Below are positions 41,535 to 55,700 of a stretch of DNA of 64,000 nucleotides, piece after piece. The stretch comes from Phoronis australis (Eukaryota; Animalia; Phoronida): the NCBI GenBank assembly GCA_002633005.1, contig NMRA01000002.1, positions 2,464,528-2,528,527 of the forward strand, given 5' to 3'. The number at the start of each line of letters is the position of its first letter. Within the stretch, counting starts at the first letter, position 1. The notes below the pieces were generated by a model that had not been told where the DNA came from, did not search any database, and saw nothing but the letters and a program-made list of their open reading frames with translations. The position numbers and the translations under genes are program-made.

Positions 41535-42870
41535 ATTGAAATAATAATAACTTTATTAGAATCACACAAGTGCAGGGAAATAAAAGAAAAACATAAAAAC
41601 ACAAGTCAAAAATAAAAGTACAAGTGCAAGACACGTATCAACATAAAAAGTCAACGATTTATTTCCATTATTGTAGGCAAAATAAATGAGAAACAAAATG
41701 AAAACCGATTAAAGACAAAAGGCAATCAGCAATGAATAAATTAATCAGTTAGTATAAATAGGTAAATAAATAAATACATAAATACCTAAAAATCTGCCTT
41801 TTGCAGATCGAGTATAGGAGCATGCTAGTGTAATTTCCTTTGTCTAATTCTTTTCTGATGTGGTCGGATAGGTCAATAATACAAGTTTCAGTAGAATGCG
41901 ATGGTCTAAAATCAGACTGGAGATCATAAAGATTGGAATAATATCACTAAGTTTTGGTACAGTTGTTCGTAAACAAGCGTCTCAAGTACCTTTAATATGA
42001 CACTAAGGATTGAAATAAGATGATAGTTGCCAGGAGCAGTCTTAGAATCTTTCTTGTGTAAGCCTATTGCAATGATCTTAGCAGGCTTAAAATTATTACA
42101 TGTAGGTATTTCGCCCTCCTCATGCAATAATAATGTGAGTTAGTGGAGTTTTGATCACGTCGGCACCATCTCTTAAAAATCTGGGAGTGATGCCATCGAG
42201 ACACGTGCCTTTACATGTACATGGTTTAACTTCACGTAATAGTTTGTGGGCGTGATCTTCTGATTCAGTCTCCAATTGAAAAACATCATTACGAGGTAAG
42301 GAACTGTATGTTTCTGTAAGAAAAGTGTTTCCGAACTTATCAGGAGTGGGGTGAAGTTCGGATACCAGTTTTTTTGCAGCCACGGTGATGAAGTATTCGT
42401 TGAATGACCCGGATATGTCATTGCTGTCTAGCTTCAGGACAATGCTGGATGAGCTACACCCATCTAGATCGGATTTTTTGGGGGTCGTGTCGGTGTTAAA
42501 TTAAGTCAGCTGGAATATAAGTCTTCTTGGTTTCCTTAACAGCAGTCTCGACTTGATCCCTGAGAGTACAATATTGTGGGAAGGTCTCAGGGTTACGTGA
42601 GCGTTTCAAATTAGAGAGGACTAAATAATTACGTTCATTGATCAGTTGGATGATTTCACTTGAAAGTCAATCGGGGGTATGTTGCTTGATACGCCCGTTT
42701 TTGTTGGTGCTAGCTGAACAATGACGCGAGTAAACATGGACTTGAAATTATTCCAAGAATTATGTACGCATTTACATTCGCTGGAAAGGACAGGATTCAA
42801 GTTAGTTTTGAGTAATTCATCGACTAGATCTTTAGAGCAATTCGTGAATGATCTTACGTCATTAAGTTAG
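41535..42870 (-). mobile_element. Decayed CR1/L2-group LINE fragment (RT N-terminal region plus probable 3' tail)
   Basis: Broken frames encode LDGITPRFLRDGADVIKTPLTHII, GEIP..FKPAKII, PGNYHLISILSVILKVLE, QSDFRPSHSTET. AATAAA followed by (TTA)n on the minus strand near 41540-41557. Confidence 0.8.
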
Positions 42871-43855
42871 GTGGGGAGGATTTTGTTAATTCTCTCTAAA
42901 GCGGGGGATCTCTTGTCGAGGGTCTTTTAAGTGTTTTTCTGCCATGAAGAGCCATGATTTCGGGATTAGTGAAAGGAACGCATTTCTTCATGACCTTTCA
43001 ATCCCTTTATCGTGTTTAGGCAGGCGCCAATGAATACAAACTCATTTATGGGGCGCAGAATACGCTCCATCTAAAAAATGGTAGGAACATGACGTCGTTG
43101 GTCTACTAAATAGGAACGTGGCATACGCAAAGAAAACCTAACTTGCCACTATAGCGCGAGCCACAATAGTTCGATCCGACAGCACTAAAATCAACGTCAG
43201 GCGTGCTCATCTCAATCTGAAGTCTTCTCTGTGAAACTTGATTGCATTCTTCAAACGTTGAGTAAAGAAATCCAAATTAACAAAACAAAATAATCGAATC
43301 TCAAGTCATGCAATCCCGTGTATATCTACAGGAACACGTCTGCAAACTTTCACGAACTTCCGTTGAGGGATTTTGGAGATACGGCAGAGCCGGGATGCCG
43401 GACTTCGGACGGAGATGAGCATGTGATAATGCGCCCTCGTGGGCATGCGTGTGAGCGTGCGTCCGGCTGTGTGTGGGCGCATAAAATGAACTTGCGCAAT
43501 ACTTCGTTTCAATAGTTTTAATAGAAACATTGTACAAGACACCGAAAATACACATGTATACTATACGTGACGCAGAATACATGAAGATGGCACGTACAGT
43601 ACATGTAAGTCCTGATTATTCTCACCCTACGTTTGTAATGGATAGTTGCATAAGACAGTTAGGACCCGAGACACATTAGTGTGAAGAGTACGTGCGTAGG
43701 TATACAGTCAGGTAGTTTGCAAAGAACAAGGACTCGGGAAAACAGGCATAAGAATTTTCTCATTTTTTCCACTAGAAGTTTCTAGTCATTTTCCTTAGAA
43801 GGTGGAGCTTAATTTATCGACATCAAACAAAATAAATTACCAATCACACATGGAC

Positions 43856-44009
43856 CAGTGGCGGATTTACGAGGGGGGCAAGGGGGCCAAGCCTCCCTCG
43901 CCTAAAATTCCACTTGGCAGTTCGCGGTGCGAATGTCACTGAGACGGGCAAAATCCTGGCTAATACTATGCCCTGCCCCCCCCAACTCAAAATCCTGGAT
44001 CCGCCCATG
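43856..44009. mobile_element. CAGTGGCGGAT...ATCCGCCCATG MITE
   Basis: TIRs; flanks TGGAC / TGTAC; inverted homolog of 7207-7361. Confidence 0.7.
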
Positions 44010-46741
44010 TGTACATATAGGCCCTATCACTGAATTTTTCTCGACTTGATCTAATTCTTCAAGTATGCCAAGCATGCGAAGTTGTACACAAAGACAAACA
44101 ACTCAACTACTCTCGCTAAACTGTAAAACTCCCAGGTTCATGAAAAGGACATTACTGCAATAGAAAAAATAACAAATTATTTCTGAAACTTATACGAATA
44201 AAACAGTAATTACTCTTGTCGGAGGTGTTTTGAGGAAATCATAATACCGTATCATCCTTGCAAATCGTTTTCAAAATAAACTGAGAAACAATGAAATTTG
44301 TCTAGTATTCAAAAACTTGACGCGCAAATCCACGAGTCCATTTCTTATCCATTTGTCGCTTCAGCTTTCTCGCGGAATCGTAACACTACAACTCTCGACT
44401 GGTGTTGCACCACGTACCTTTGTCGAAATTTCGACAACAGGCCTTGCAAGTCTAAAATCGAAAATGCTACTTTATTGAGACAGAAGTTCCACCACTGTAA
44501 AACGAAAGCTCTCTAAGGTACTGAACGACACCTCGGAAATCGGCGGAAGAGATGAAATATACCAGATGGCAAAAACACCTGCTTCAAACAATTATTGTTG
44601 CATTTCTCAGAATAAGTTTATACCACGGAAAACAAAAAGTTGATTCCGACGCTCTGTTAGACCTCTTTAGCTCAGGTATCAACAAACCCCGCCGTGTACT
44701 TGATAGGACATTGGAGCAGTATCGTGACCATCTTTTGGAAGGAGGTAGCAATTTTGTTTCGATGTTTTTATCACAAATTTATCTATTTTATAAAGTAAGA
44801 AGCCCCAGAGGTCCGCGCAAATCATTGTATGGCGGTAGTCGTGACCAGAGCTACGGCCCTCGTCGACGTCTTTGTCACCATTGAGAAACATTTAAATTTA
44901 ATGCTTGCTAAAAATGTTACGCCAGTCAATCAAGGTAGCTGTGTCTTAAAAACAATTAAACTGTCCATAAGACTGTTTCAACTGAAGAATAAAACAACGT
45001 GTTTCTGGATGACTGTCAGGATTGCTGCGGAATCTTTTATGTTGACTTAACACTACGACTCAGCCTGCACCTACACGAAAATACGGTAAAACACACGACT
45101 ACAGTGACATCTATCGTCATTCGTTGGCTACTCGGCGTGCGACTGATTTTGACAATACAAGCACCCTTTTCGTTTTGATAACACCCACTGTTACACATCA
45201 AAGAGTCCCCGCGTATCTTTGAATGGATTTGCTCGCCCCCGTTTATCAGTCTCACGGTACACAGTCAGAAGCATTCACGAACTCGAAGTCAAATAACTAA
45301 AGAACGAAAGGTCGGAAGCGGAAATCGAAAATAATTTTCTAAAATATCATCTACCGGCCGAGTTAGAAGCGAGTTTAAGAAAGATTTGACTAATTATGTC
45401 AATTTTTATTTTTGTCAATATTAGCAAATAAAACTCAAAATATCTCAAAATTGCTAAGAGGGAGCCAAAGGAAACGTTAATGTTCAGTTAGTAGCGCATT
45501 TCTTAGAAAATTTATTCAACGAATTTTGGTGGTCCAGTATGCTAAGCCCAATTAGAATTCGATCCAAGGTTAATTGAAAACAACACAAGGGCGGCAACAG
45601 TCGCAGTCTTGAATGTAAATTTTGTGTAAAATGCAACAAATAAGCACAAAGATTCTGCAAAATAAACACATCTAATCTGCAAATCATTAATTGTAAATAG
45701 TCACATTTGTTAGATGTTTTGGGCAAAAATTGGAGTGCCTCGACAAAAAGGCAGCCTCATCTTGTTAAGGGTGCAAATGTCACGTGCAAAATGGTAGTAC
45801 ACATGTGGTTCTATATGTGTGGCAATTTTGAGTGCAGTACAGGTATAATGAAAAACGCCAGTTTTAGAAATGTTCAAGATGGTCGCTACTTCTGCCATTT
45901 TGGTTCTGCTTGGGACAAAACTAAAAGGCTTTGAGAAATTCAGAAGTTGCACGTTTTTCATAAATCTCATGTCATTCAGATGAGAAATGCCACCTGTAGG
46001 GTGCGACCAAACAAACATCTTCACAATTGAGACCCGCCAGTAACATACTTGGAGAAATTTATTTCGCCAAGCAACAAACTCACGTCATGACAAAGCGAGC
46101 AATAATTCTGACAAGAAATTTGTCCAAATTGGGCAGAGTCTGACAGAGTTCTGACCAAGATTGTCAAGTCTATTTTGAAAGTTGCTATACAGTATAACCC
46201 AACGCTCACGTTTAGGTCACTTCCATTTACAAGCCCACATGGGCGAGTATAAGGCCATCAAATATTTTACCTCATCGAACTTATTGACTTTACCACTTTC
46301 CGTTGACAAACTGTCCAATCGACAGCAATGTATGAAAAAATACACAAGCATACGTCACTTACATACGCTAACAACATGATTCTTTCAAAGTTTACATTAA
46401 TGTCATATAATTTCACGACAACAGCCCATGGGCTTGTGCACAAATGTTTGTATAAATAAACCCTCTTTGGGAATCGGCCAAATTTAAAACCGACAAGCTT
46501 GTACCTTCAAGAAATCAGTAACATTTAATTTTTATAATGCATAAAATCTACATTGACCATATCTAAAATGTATTACAATTGTTTAAGCCTACATATTCTA
46601 AACACAGACAACAAATAGATAGTTGAGGACTGATATTCATGTAAAGCACACATGGCATCTCATAATACACAAAACATTAGACACGATGGTTCCCACTGGT
46701 GTAGAACATAAGTTACAGTATAAGCACCAGAAATGACTGCG

Positions 46742-49700
46742 TCAGACCCTGTTCTCTGAAGAGGAAATCAGTTGGTCCACTCTGGCTATCACTTCATCTA
46801 TACTGGGCCGATCAGTCAACTTGACTACTAGCATTGAGTTCACCAAACTTTGTAGACCACCAGAATATCTACGGAAGAATTAGATTTTGCAAATATCATT
46901 ACCCTATTTATGTCCATAAGTAAACACAGCATATACTTAATATACTCTTGTGTATGTGACCATCACATGGAGATTACGTAGGACCCTACTGACAAGCCTG
47001 CATTCTTAGCCAAATATCTGCAAAACTACAGATTTCAACTCGTCAGTAAAAGAATATTTTCTGAAAGAAATAAGCCCGCCTAATTTACTATTTTTAATTT
47101 TCACCAATTTGATATTAATGGGGCCACGTAGTTATGTCTCTTATTTACGTGTATGTCTGAGTTGACGGTCAGGGCATTAAGTTGAGAAATTCTAAACTCA
47201 TTGGGAGGATGCTAAAACTGAATACACAGGAACATCATGGTGGTAACTCAAACGTGAAAATGGTGCAAATTCAAAGCGTGTTAGCAAAATGAGGGCATTA
47301 ACCCGAGCATATACCATATTATTCCCCTGGTGTTGCATGTAGTCTACCAGCAGGTATTTTTAATTGTCAAAAATAATTTGTTCGAGTTTGGAGACCAGAC
47401 TCCGTTTCTCATTTGTAAACCTGAGAAAGTACGAGAATCAAAACTTGATAAATGCTTACATTGAGTTGTCAGGGTGATTAACTGTGCCACTCATCACAGC
47501 TAAAGCTAGACTGTCTCCCTTCTGGTAAACCTCATCAAAAGGAGACTGACGGTACATCATGGCGTAGAGGACACAGCCTAGGGACTGAAAAAGAAAGGAT
47601 GGTGTGAGAGTGAAACATTAAGTCTTCAATTATGTAAAAATAATAGCATTTAGTAGTTAACTACAGTTCACAAGTATGCAATCAGGTAGTTTTCATGAAC
47701 CTTTCATTACAAATAGGATACCTGATATTTCCACATGTAAATGCACAAGATATATTCTGCATAATGTGCATCTCCCGAGAAGATCAGCTTTCAACTGAAA
47801 ATTCTCAAGAAATTCTCTTTCACAATACTTCACAATTAAAATCCTTTGTTTAAAAATATTACAGGTTTCATTTGATTTGAGTCTTGGCATCTATTTCAAG
47901 TGAAATACTTTAAGATTTCAACCATGTACATCTTCTTTTCACCAAGTACCTGACATGTACATGTATCAGATGACTATTACTGTATACAGCCACTCAGCTG
48001 GACATTCACACGAAAATATCAGATACTACATATTTCACCGTCAGTTCAGGCTTGAGTAAGCGTCAGCTGCCTATATTGGTGCATTTTTCTAGCTTGTGAC
48101 ATGCTGTTTGCATAACAATGCAGAGGTCATATTTAAAAAATCATGACTATGGTTCAATTGACCAACAGGAGTCCAGCCAAAGGGACGGAGGACCAAAGGC
48201 TCATGTTGCTATTGTGTGTCCTTTTTGCTTCCAATGAGTCCCGAGACCCTAATAAAGCAATCCCAGTGTGTCAGTGAAAGTATTTATGCATTAATGAAAA
48301 TATTTTGTGCCAATAACACGAGACACACTTCTAAACTTATATGGCAATGCTGCCAAACTCACGGCCAGTAGCATAGTGCCCAGAGTCAAGATCATTCTTC
48401 TTGAACAACTGCATCATTCAATAAAAATGCAACATAATACAAAATTATCGTTTGAACATAAAAGCAATTATGTCACAATACAAAGAATGGATTATACCCA
48501 TATGTCCGTTCGCTCATCAATGACAGAATGTGTCTCAACATGAAATAGCTCGGGTGGTCTGTACGTCATAGTGCACCGCTCAGAAGCTTCATCCTGAAGA
48601 TAGTCAGAAATGGGACAAACTAGTCAAGTTGAAATTTCAAAATCTTTACAAGAAATTCTGGACAGTGAGTTCGAAATTGCCATGCCGGATGCTGCGGTGT
48701 AAGTGAAAAGCAAACTACTTAAAATTCCATTTTACTGAATTCCCTGGCACTAGTAACAAAGAAAAATTTTTGTCATTGACTTAAGAACACTACACTTATG
48801 ACGTGCACACATGCATTCGATAATTCTTTTTGCAATATCTTTCGAAATGTGATGGAAACTTTACTGAAGCAAACTTTGCTCAGAAATTCAGTTGGTTGGT
48901 ATTAAGATACTAAAAACTTGTAACAAAAGGGAAACCATTTCCAATAATTTGTTGTGACATGTGCGCAACTTTGTAGATGAAGAACAATTAATTGAAGAAT
49001 TGGAGAAAAAAAAATTGACCAATAGGTGACTATCTTATCGCTCCACAAATTCAATGGCAGAATAAAGGTAGAGCACTGCTAATTAGTCTAGTTTACTCAA
49101 GGAAGGGTATAGTTTTTAATGACCTTTAATTTGGTGTTGGAATTTGTTTCGCCATTTTTACCCACAATGCTGCACGGCTGTAAATTATCCAGTTTGGCAC
49201 CAAAGCAGCCAGGAGAATGACTTTCCAATGGTTGATAACAAAACCAAAGGTATCTTTCTTCGGCACAAAGGGCCATAGGATAACCTGAGGCAATCTAATC
49301 ACAAACAGCCCTTATTTGAAACTGGAGTGTTCTGATTAGTACAAAGGATTAAGTGGTACCACTGGGACATCCTGAGAGCTCTGATAAGCGACTGTCAGAA
49401 CTAACAATGACCACAGTCAATATTAAGTCCATTCTAAAACAGCATTCACATTTTGCGTTGAAAACGCATGGTCGCTTTGCTGACCTGTAATGCCATAGCT
49501 TGAGACGATGTGCTCACATCAACTTGTGCATTGGCAGCTGAGCCCAGGTCCATCAGTATAGGGGTGTCATCATCTGACAACAGAATGTTTCCGGGTTTTA
49601 GGTCTCTACAACAGGAAAAAACATGTCATTTGAAGTCAACAGAAAACTAGTCATCGAAGTGTGTAAGCAAACCTGTTATGAGGAAGTATGTTATTGGTCT

Positions 49701-52700
49701 CGGCATAAGCTCAGATTCGACTGACATTAGGATGAGAGAACTTACAAATTTAAATTTGTCATGAGTTATAGGTGACAAATAATTGTAATACACACTACAA
49801 ATCATCTTAGTTTCAATAATCACTGTCAACGCTACAAATTAATACCAAAACACAAGAAAAAACGAAAACTACAAAATTGTAAAGATGTTACCACAGACAG
49901 AAAAAAAATAAGACATATGCGACACTCGGAATTTACATCTATAGCACTTGCTAAGTAAAAGGTCTTCGCATCATTGAACAGTTGATTCACAATTAGGCAA
50001 AATTTGTCCACACGATCACTGAAGTCTTAGTGGAATTGGAGAATATTTCATACCACTATAATTGATGCCAATTCNTTGGAGACTCCATGTCCACCAGACA
50101 GATGCAAAATGCAGTTTGCAAAGCGCACTCCAATAAAACACATGGAGTTGGCATTACGGTCACAATAAATTCACACTTGCAGTACAAGCACTCATATTTC
50201 TTCACAATCCCAAACTTAATTTAAAGTCAGGAAGGAGACTACTACTCTTTTATGTGCCATTCAGCCAATCTAACACTTTCTAACACTAATTGTTAACTGC
50301 TGTGTTCTTTAGTAATTGCTTAGCGCTTTTACTGTCTTAGTGCTTAATGGTTTTCTCCTATCCATCACATCCACTAAATTAGCGCTACGAATCACCACAG
50401 TGTTTTTTTTCAAACAATTGCTGTGGGCATACTAACAAAAAAACTGACATGTATGTTCCAAGGACAACATTATGAAATAACTCTGTTTAGTAAAAAAGAA
50501 TCCACCTGTGAGCTATAGGTGGGTTGTGTCGGTGAAGCATTCTAACTCCTTCGCAGGACCCCCTAAAGAGTCTGAGTATTCTTGGTTCTCTAATGTGCTC
50601 ATTACGACGTGTCATGAGTTCAATTTCATCTTGCACTGTACCCCTCTGAAAGCAAAGAACAATTAAATGCAAACTTGTAAGTAAAAGGAAGTCAACATTT
50701 TATAAATTCTACTCACAGCTGGTATACATTGGTTAAAGGCCCACCTTCTATGGAAAAAGTCAAATTTTGATTTAGACCAATTATTGTTACAAACTTGGTT
50801 TCAAATAGTTTTTTCTGATGAATGGTGTGTGATTGAGTAACATGGGATATAAGGCCAAAAAAGCAAATGGCTGTTTCTGGTCTCTTATTTTGAAAATTGA
50901 GTCGGTGGTGTTTTTTTTAGTTGTTCACTTTTTCAAAGCAGCAAAATCCATCTTAGTAAAGCAAAAAAAGGTGTTGGTATTTGTTGTTTTTACTCGTCGC
51001 TTGACAAATCATGGCATTTCAAACCTCGCTTACCCTGGTTTACATGCCTTTGCGAAGCTTTCCAAAAAACCATGAGACTTGCGATGAAATTGAAGCGGGC
51101 GGACAATTCAGGATAGCCAGACAAGAATCAACTTTAGTTTTTTGGCCAAACATTGCATTTTGGGTGGACATGAGTAAAGAAAAAATGCCGAACCAATTTT
51201 GATGGTATGTTTAATAAAACTACAGTTCCCTGGTTACCTTGGAAACCTATTTTCTGCTGCTCTAGTCCACATTTACTATTTATGGAACAATGAAAAGAGA
51301 CATGAACTTCCTGCAATGGCCCGCTACGTCTGGGTTTTGCATAAACTCTTATTGAGAAACCAAAATAATTGTATCCTATTCAGCATTGAACGCATTTGGT
51401 GCAGGTCATTCATGTTTGTTCAATGGAAGTGAGTCCAGAACAAAGGTGAGGGCATTTTGCTGGGCCATTCAAGTCACTTTCTACTCTTCCACACATGCTA
51501 AGGAAACAGCAGTAAACACGAAAAAAAATTCACTCACAGATATCCTATCATCAAAAATTTTAAAGATTATACTAAAAATGGTGTTTACGTGTATCGTAGA
51601 AATTAGCAACTGGAGCATATTCCTTACACTGTAAAAAGGCACGACTAGTAAAACTTCTGTGATTTTATTTCTGGTTTGTGCCTCGTAGATTTCGGATGTC
51701 CCAGCCTCTTCACAAGTAATGATATTCGGATGGTCAAAACTTTTGGTTATCTCGACTTCCCGCATCGCAATCTTTTCATCTTCTTTAGAATGACATCTCA
51801 TACGCTTCAAAGCGAACACTTTGCGACTGTGGGAATCCTCGACCAAGTCAACAGTGCTGAATCCTCTGAAATAAAATAACTTAAAAATGATTTAACATTA
51901 AAATACAGTTGCTCTAACCCCGTTTTATTCAATACCGTTATGGCAAACTTACTTGCCAAACATCTTGCTAGTAACAAACTAGATAATTAACAACTAGTCG
52001 ATGCCGGGAGAGCATCAGTTTATAGACAGAATCTATTTTATCAAAAAAAAAATTTCTGCAGCTGTAAAGAGAAATATTTTTCAATTACAACTAATTGTTG
52101 GTGCGCAATCGCAAAATCAATTTTGAAAAGTCAATACTTTGAGAACACTGGATGGCTTATTCCATTCAAGATGCTAAAATATAAAGTATTGGTTACCACT
52201 TATTTCGCTAACAGGCCAGTTTTTGAACAGAGACGATTAATTTTTATGCTCATCGTACCAAGTTTTGAATAATTTTTATGAACATAAATAAGAGATGGAA
52301 GTCTTACATGTACCTCAAAAATCGCGCAAGATCAGTGAAGTATGTCTCACCAGTGCATGCAATCATCTGAGTTCCTTGCTCGTTCGTCAGCAGGGGTACA
52401 TTATGATCGTACGACCTCTTTTTAGCCCAACGAAATTTACACCGAACCAGAAACTTCGAATTTTATTTGCCCATCTGGAATTTTCAGATTAAGCAACCTC
52501 ATATTTCTTTTGGCGACCTGAGATTTTTGCCAGATCCCAAATGCAACTTGGTGTTAGGCTAAGTGTTGAGCGCTGTGATGTATCATAGTCACGTAAAGGC
52601 TTCTATGCCACTCGCCAGTGAACAATTTCTCTTTGGCTGACAGGTTTGAATGCCCAACTCACACAGTAGTGACCAGGTTTAAATCCCGGCGTTGGACAAG

Positions 52701-55700
52701 CACGTTTCTCTACATTGACATACTGTAAGTTAATTTGACTTTTCAATCATAAATAAAGTATTACCAATTGGAATAACATCGCCCATCTGCTTTGGGGTAG
52801 ACAAGGTGATTCTGTTGTCAACTCAGGCCAAGATATCACTAATCATTTGAGTTCAGAACAGGTGTAGAAAAATCCACCAGAGCCAAGACTGGGTTCATCA
52901 GCGGGTGAGTCAAGCATCCAAACTAATCAGCCACTTGGCAATTAATCATTGACAAACAATTTAAAGTAGCTATATTTGACAGTGCCACAACACTCACTCT
53001 CTTTGATCAAATATGCCACCTGGTCGTCAGGTCCGCCAAATCTATTGTCTGGGACTGTGAGTTGATGCTCCCGCTGAGAGACTATGGCTCCCAACTGACC
53101 ATGAGGATACCTTACATCTTTTCTAGTCATTGGATTCTGCCATTATTGGGCGAAAAATAAGTAGACAAAACCACCAGTACCAAGACTCAAACCCAGGTGC
53201 GACTCAAGTGTCCAAACTGATTACTAGTAGCCCATTGACAAGCGATTTGGAGAGATTTTATTCGACAGTACATCATCCCTAGAAGTTATGTGTAACGTAA
53301 CAACACCAACTAGAGAATACAAAGCATGTGAATGTCAGAGACATACAGGTTCTGTAATGGAGCTGCTCACCCGATTTACATCTTGATTGATGAAATAGTC
53401 TACACAAAGCAATATGAATGGAAACGGTTACTTGTGAATAATAGACTGGATAAAAATACACTGCCAAAATTTGAATTATCTCCCTTTGAGTTATCTCCTA
53501 CATATAACATGGGTGAGAAACAACATGACTACTGATCTTCCAAATCGGACCGACTCACCACAAAACAGTACCTACCAGGATCCAATGGGAACACCGCACC
53601 AGAAAATAGGATCAACGCCCTTAAAAACATGACTGTCCCACCACAAAACAGACTGAACATGATGCTAAAATTCTTTTGGGTCAGCTTTCATTGGCCACTT
53701 ACCTTTTCCCTGATTCTTCAATCAGCTGTTCTTCTCTTCCATAAGGTTGCGTACATGGCACAACAAATTATCGGAACTGGTTTCATTTTGTTACAAGTTT
53801 TTAGTATTTTAATACCATCAAACCGAATTTCAGAACAATTTTTGCTGCTGTGAAGCTGTCATCGTCTTCCGAAAGATGTTACAAAATTTTTCGAAATGGC
53901 GCATGCCCGTGTCACGAGCACGAGTTTTTTCTTAGTACAAAGTGAAAGAGTTACGCAAGTAAATGATGTTTATTAGATTGTTTTTCACTCAAACGGCTTA
54001 GACGGGCAAGGTGAGTGTCGGTTGACTCCCAGATTTTGCAAGCACCTCCGCAGGTCGTTAACTCTACGTGTTGATATAAATTTCATCAGGAGGTGACGAG
54101 CAGAACTACCCCAACTGTGTGAAATTTAAGGGTCTAAAGGAGTTCAACACACAGTGCTACCAAGTTGTATTTTGACGATAGTCATCATACAAACTAGCTG
54201 GCTGGTTACATCATAACCCGCAGTCTCACACAAACGCATTGAACATTTTGACCGGCGGCTATGTTCAGTCTCTGGCAGTCCTGTTTTGTGGTGGGGCGGT
54301 CATGTTTTCAGGTGTGTAGGTCCCATTTTCTGGTGCGGCGGTCCCATTTGATCCCCGTAGGTCCAGTTTTCTTGGCGAGTCGGTCTGACTTGGGGATCGA
54401 CGGTCATGCTTTGGGTTCAGTAATCATGTTGTTTCTTACCCGTGTATAATACAAATTATATGTCATTTGACCAAATAACTTTTACCTTGAATGTAAGAAA
54501 ATGTGGCTGTAAACAGACGATTTTTAACTTGCGGCCATGAAAATTGGACTGGTAACAGGAATAGGTTTGAGTTTTTAACTTAATTACAAGTCTAGACTAG
54601 AGTAAAGAATCAACGAGCATCAAAAAACGACATAAGTCTCTTGAAATACAAAGAAAATTTCGTTGACATCGAGAGTTGAGCCCAGCTTTACCATAAGGCA
54701 GCATAGCATCCAAACCATTCAGCCAAGAGGCAATTGCCACTTAGCAAGCGATTTAGAGGGGCCTATAACTATGTCAAACCGGGAAGTCAAGTGTCACAAC
54801 ACATATATGCAGAAGTCTGAACTTGTTTTCAGTATAATTTCTCTTAAAATTTACCAACAATTCCTGGTGATAACTGTTAGTTGATAGGTTATCCATACAT
54901 GAGGTAGATCACAGACCAATGAAACACAGATTAATTTCACTTTTCAGAAGTACCGTCAGAGGTCCTAAAGTCGTGAGTGTCCTAAAGTCGTGAACCATCT
55001 TATTTCCTCTTCTGCGCGGTCCTGGGACATCTGGCGTTGAAGTTTCCAGCGTTCGTCTGCTTACGAATGTCAAACGAATACCCGGACGCGTTCGTATTCA
55101 CAATATGATAACAAACAGTGAGTGAGTGGCTTCTTTTTTCAAATGTATCTTAAAAACAGCATATTTCACTAATTCACTTTTTTGTGCATTTTTGGGATAA
55201 AGTTTCGAAAATATTGATCGTTCAGATTTACTCAAACACGCACTCCAGGGATAGCTTGAACAATGTATCAAAATGTCCCAGGGTCGATCAAGTTGTGTAA
55301 GACCAAAACAATAAAATACAGAAGGATAATTGATGCTGGGTTCTTGGTGTTTTACGTGAGCAACCTCATTGAAAACGTCTGTGCACATCAAAGTTGGGTG
55401 CAAAACATATAACAGTTTATTTCAATTGAAACTGAATTAATAAACAATGCAATGCATTTTTATGTCATCCAGAGTAACTGTGAGCACTGTAGTTGACTTG
55501 CGTGGTCATACTCCGTGCATTTCCATCTAAACGAAACGTTCACGACTTTAGGGCCTCATTCAAAATGGCCGGCGATATCAGCGACTGTTTTAAAACTCTG
55601 CTTACGGATATAAACAAGGATTAAGATTGTCAAAACACGTATATTTGTGAACGTATATATGTCCATGACATCACATGAGCAGTTGCAAACGGACATTGGG

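Noticed and set aside
43490-43525. TTGCGCAA palindrome and AT-rich box as a promoter for gene B
   Set aside because: Single short motifs without transcript evidence.
44298-45050. Cluster of ORFs that might be a decayed transposase
   Set aside because: No DDE or other diagnostic motif could be confirmed.
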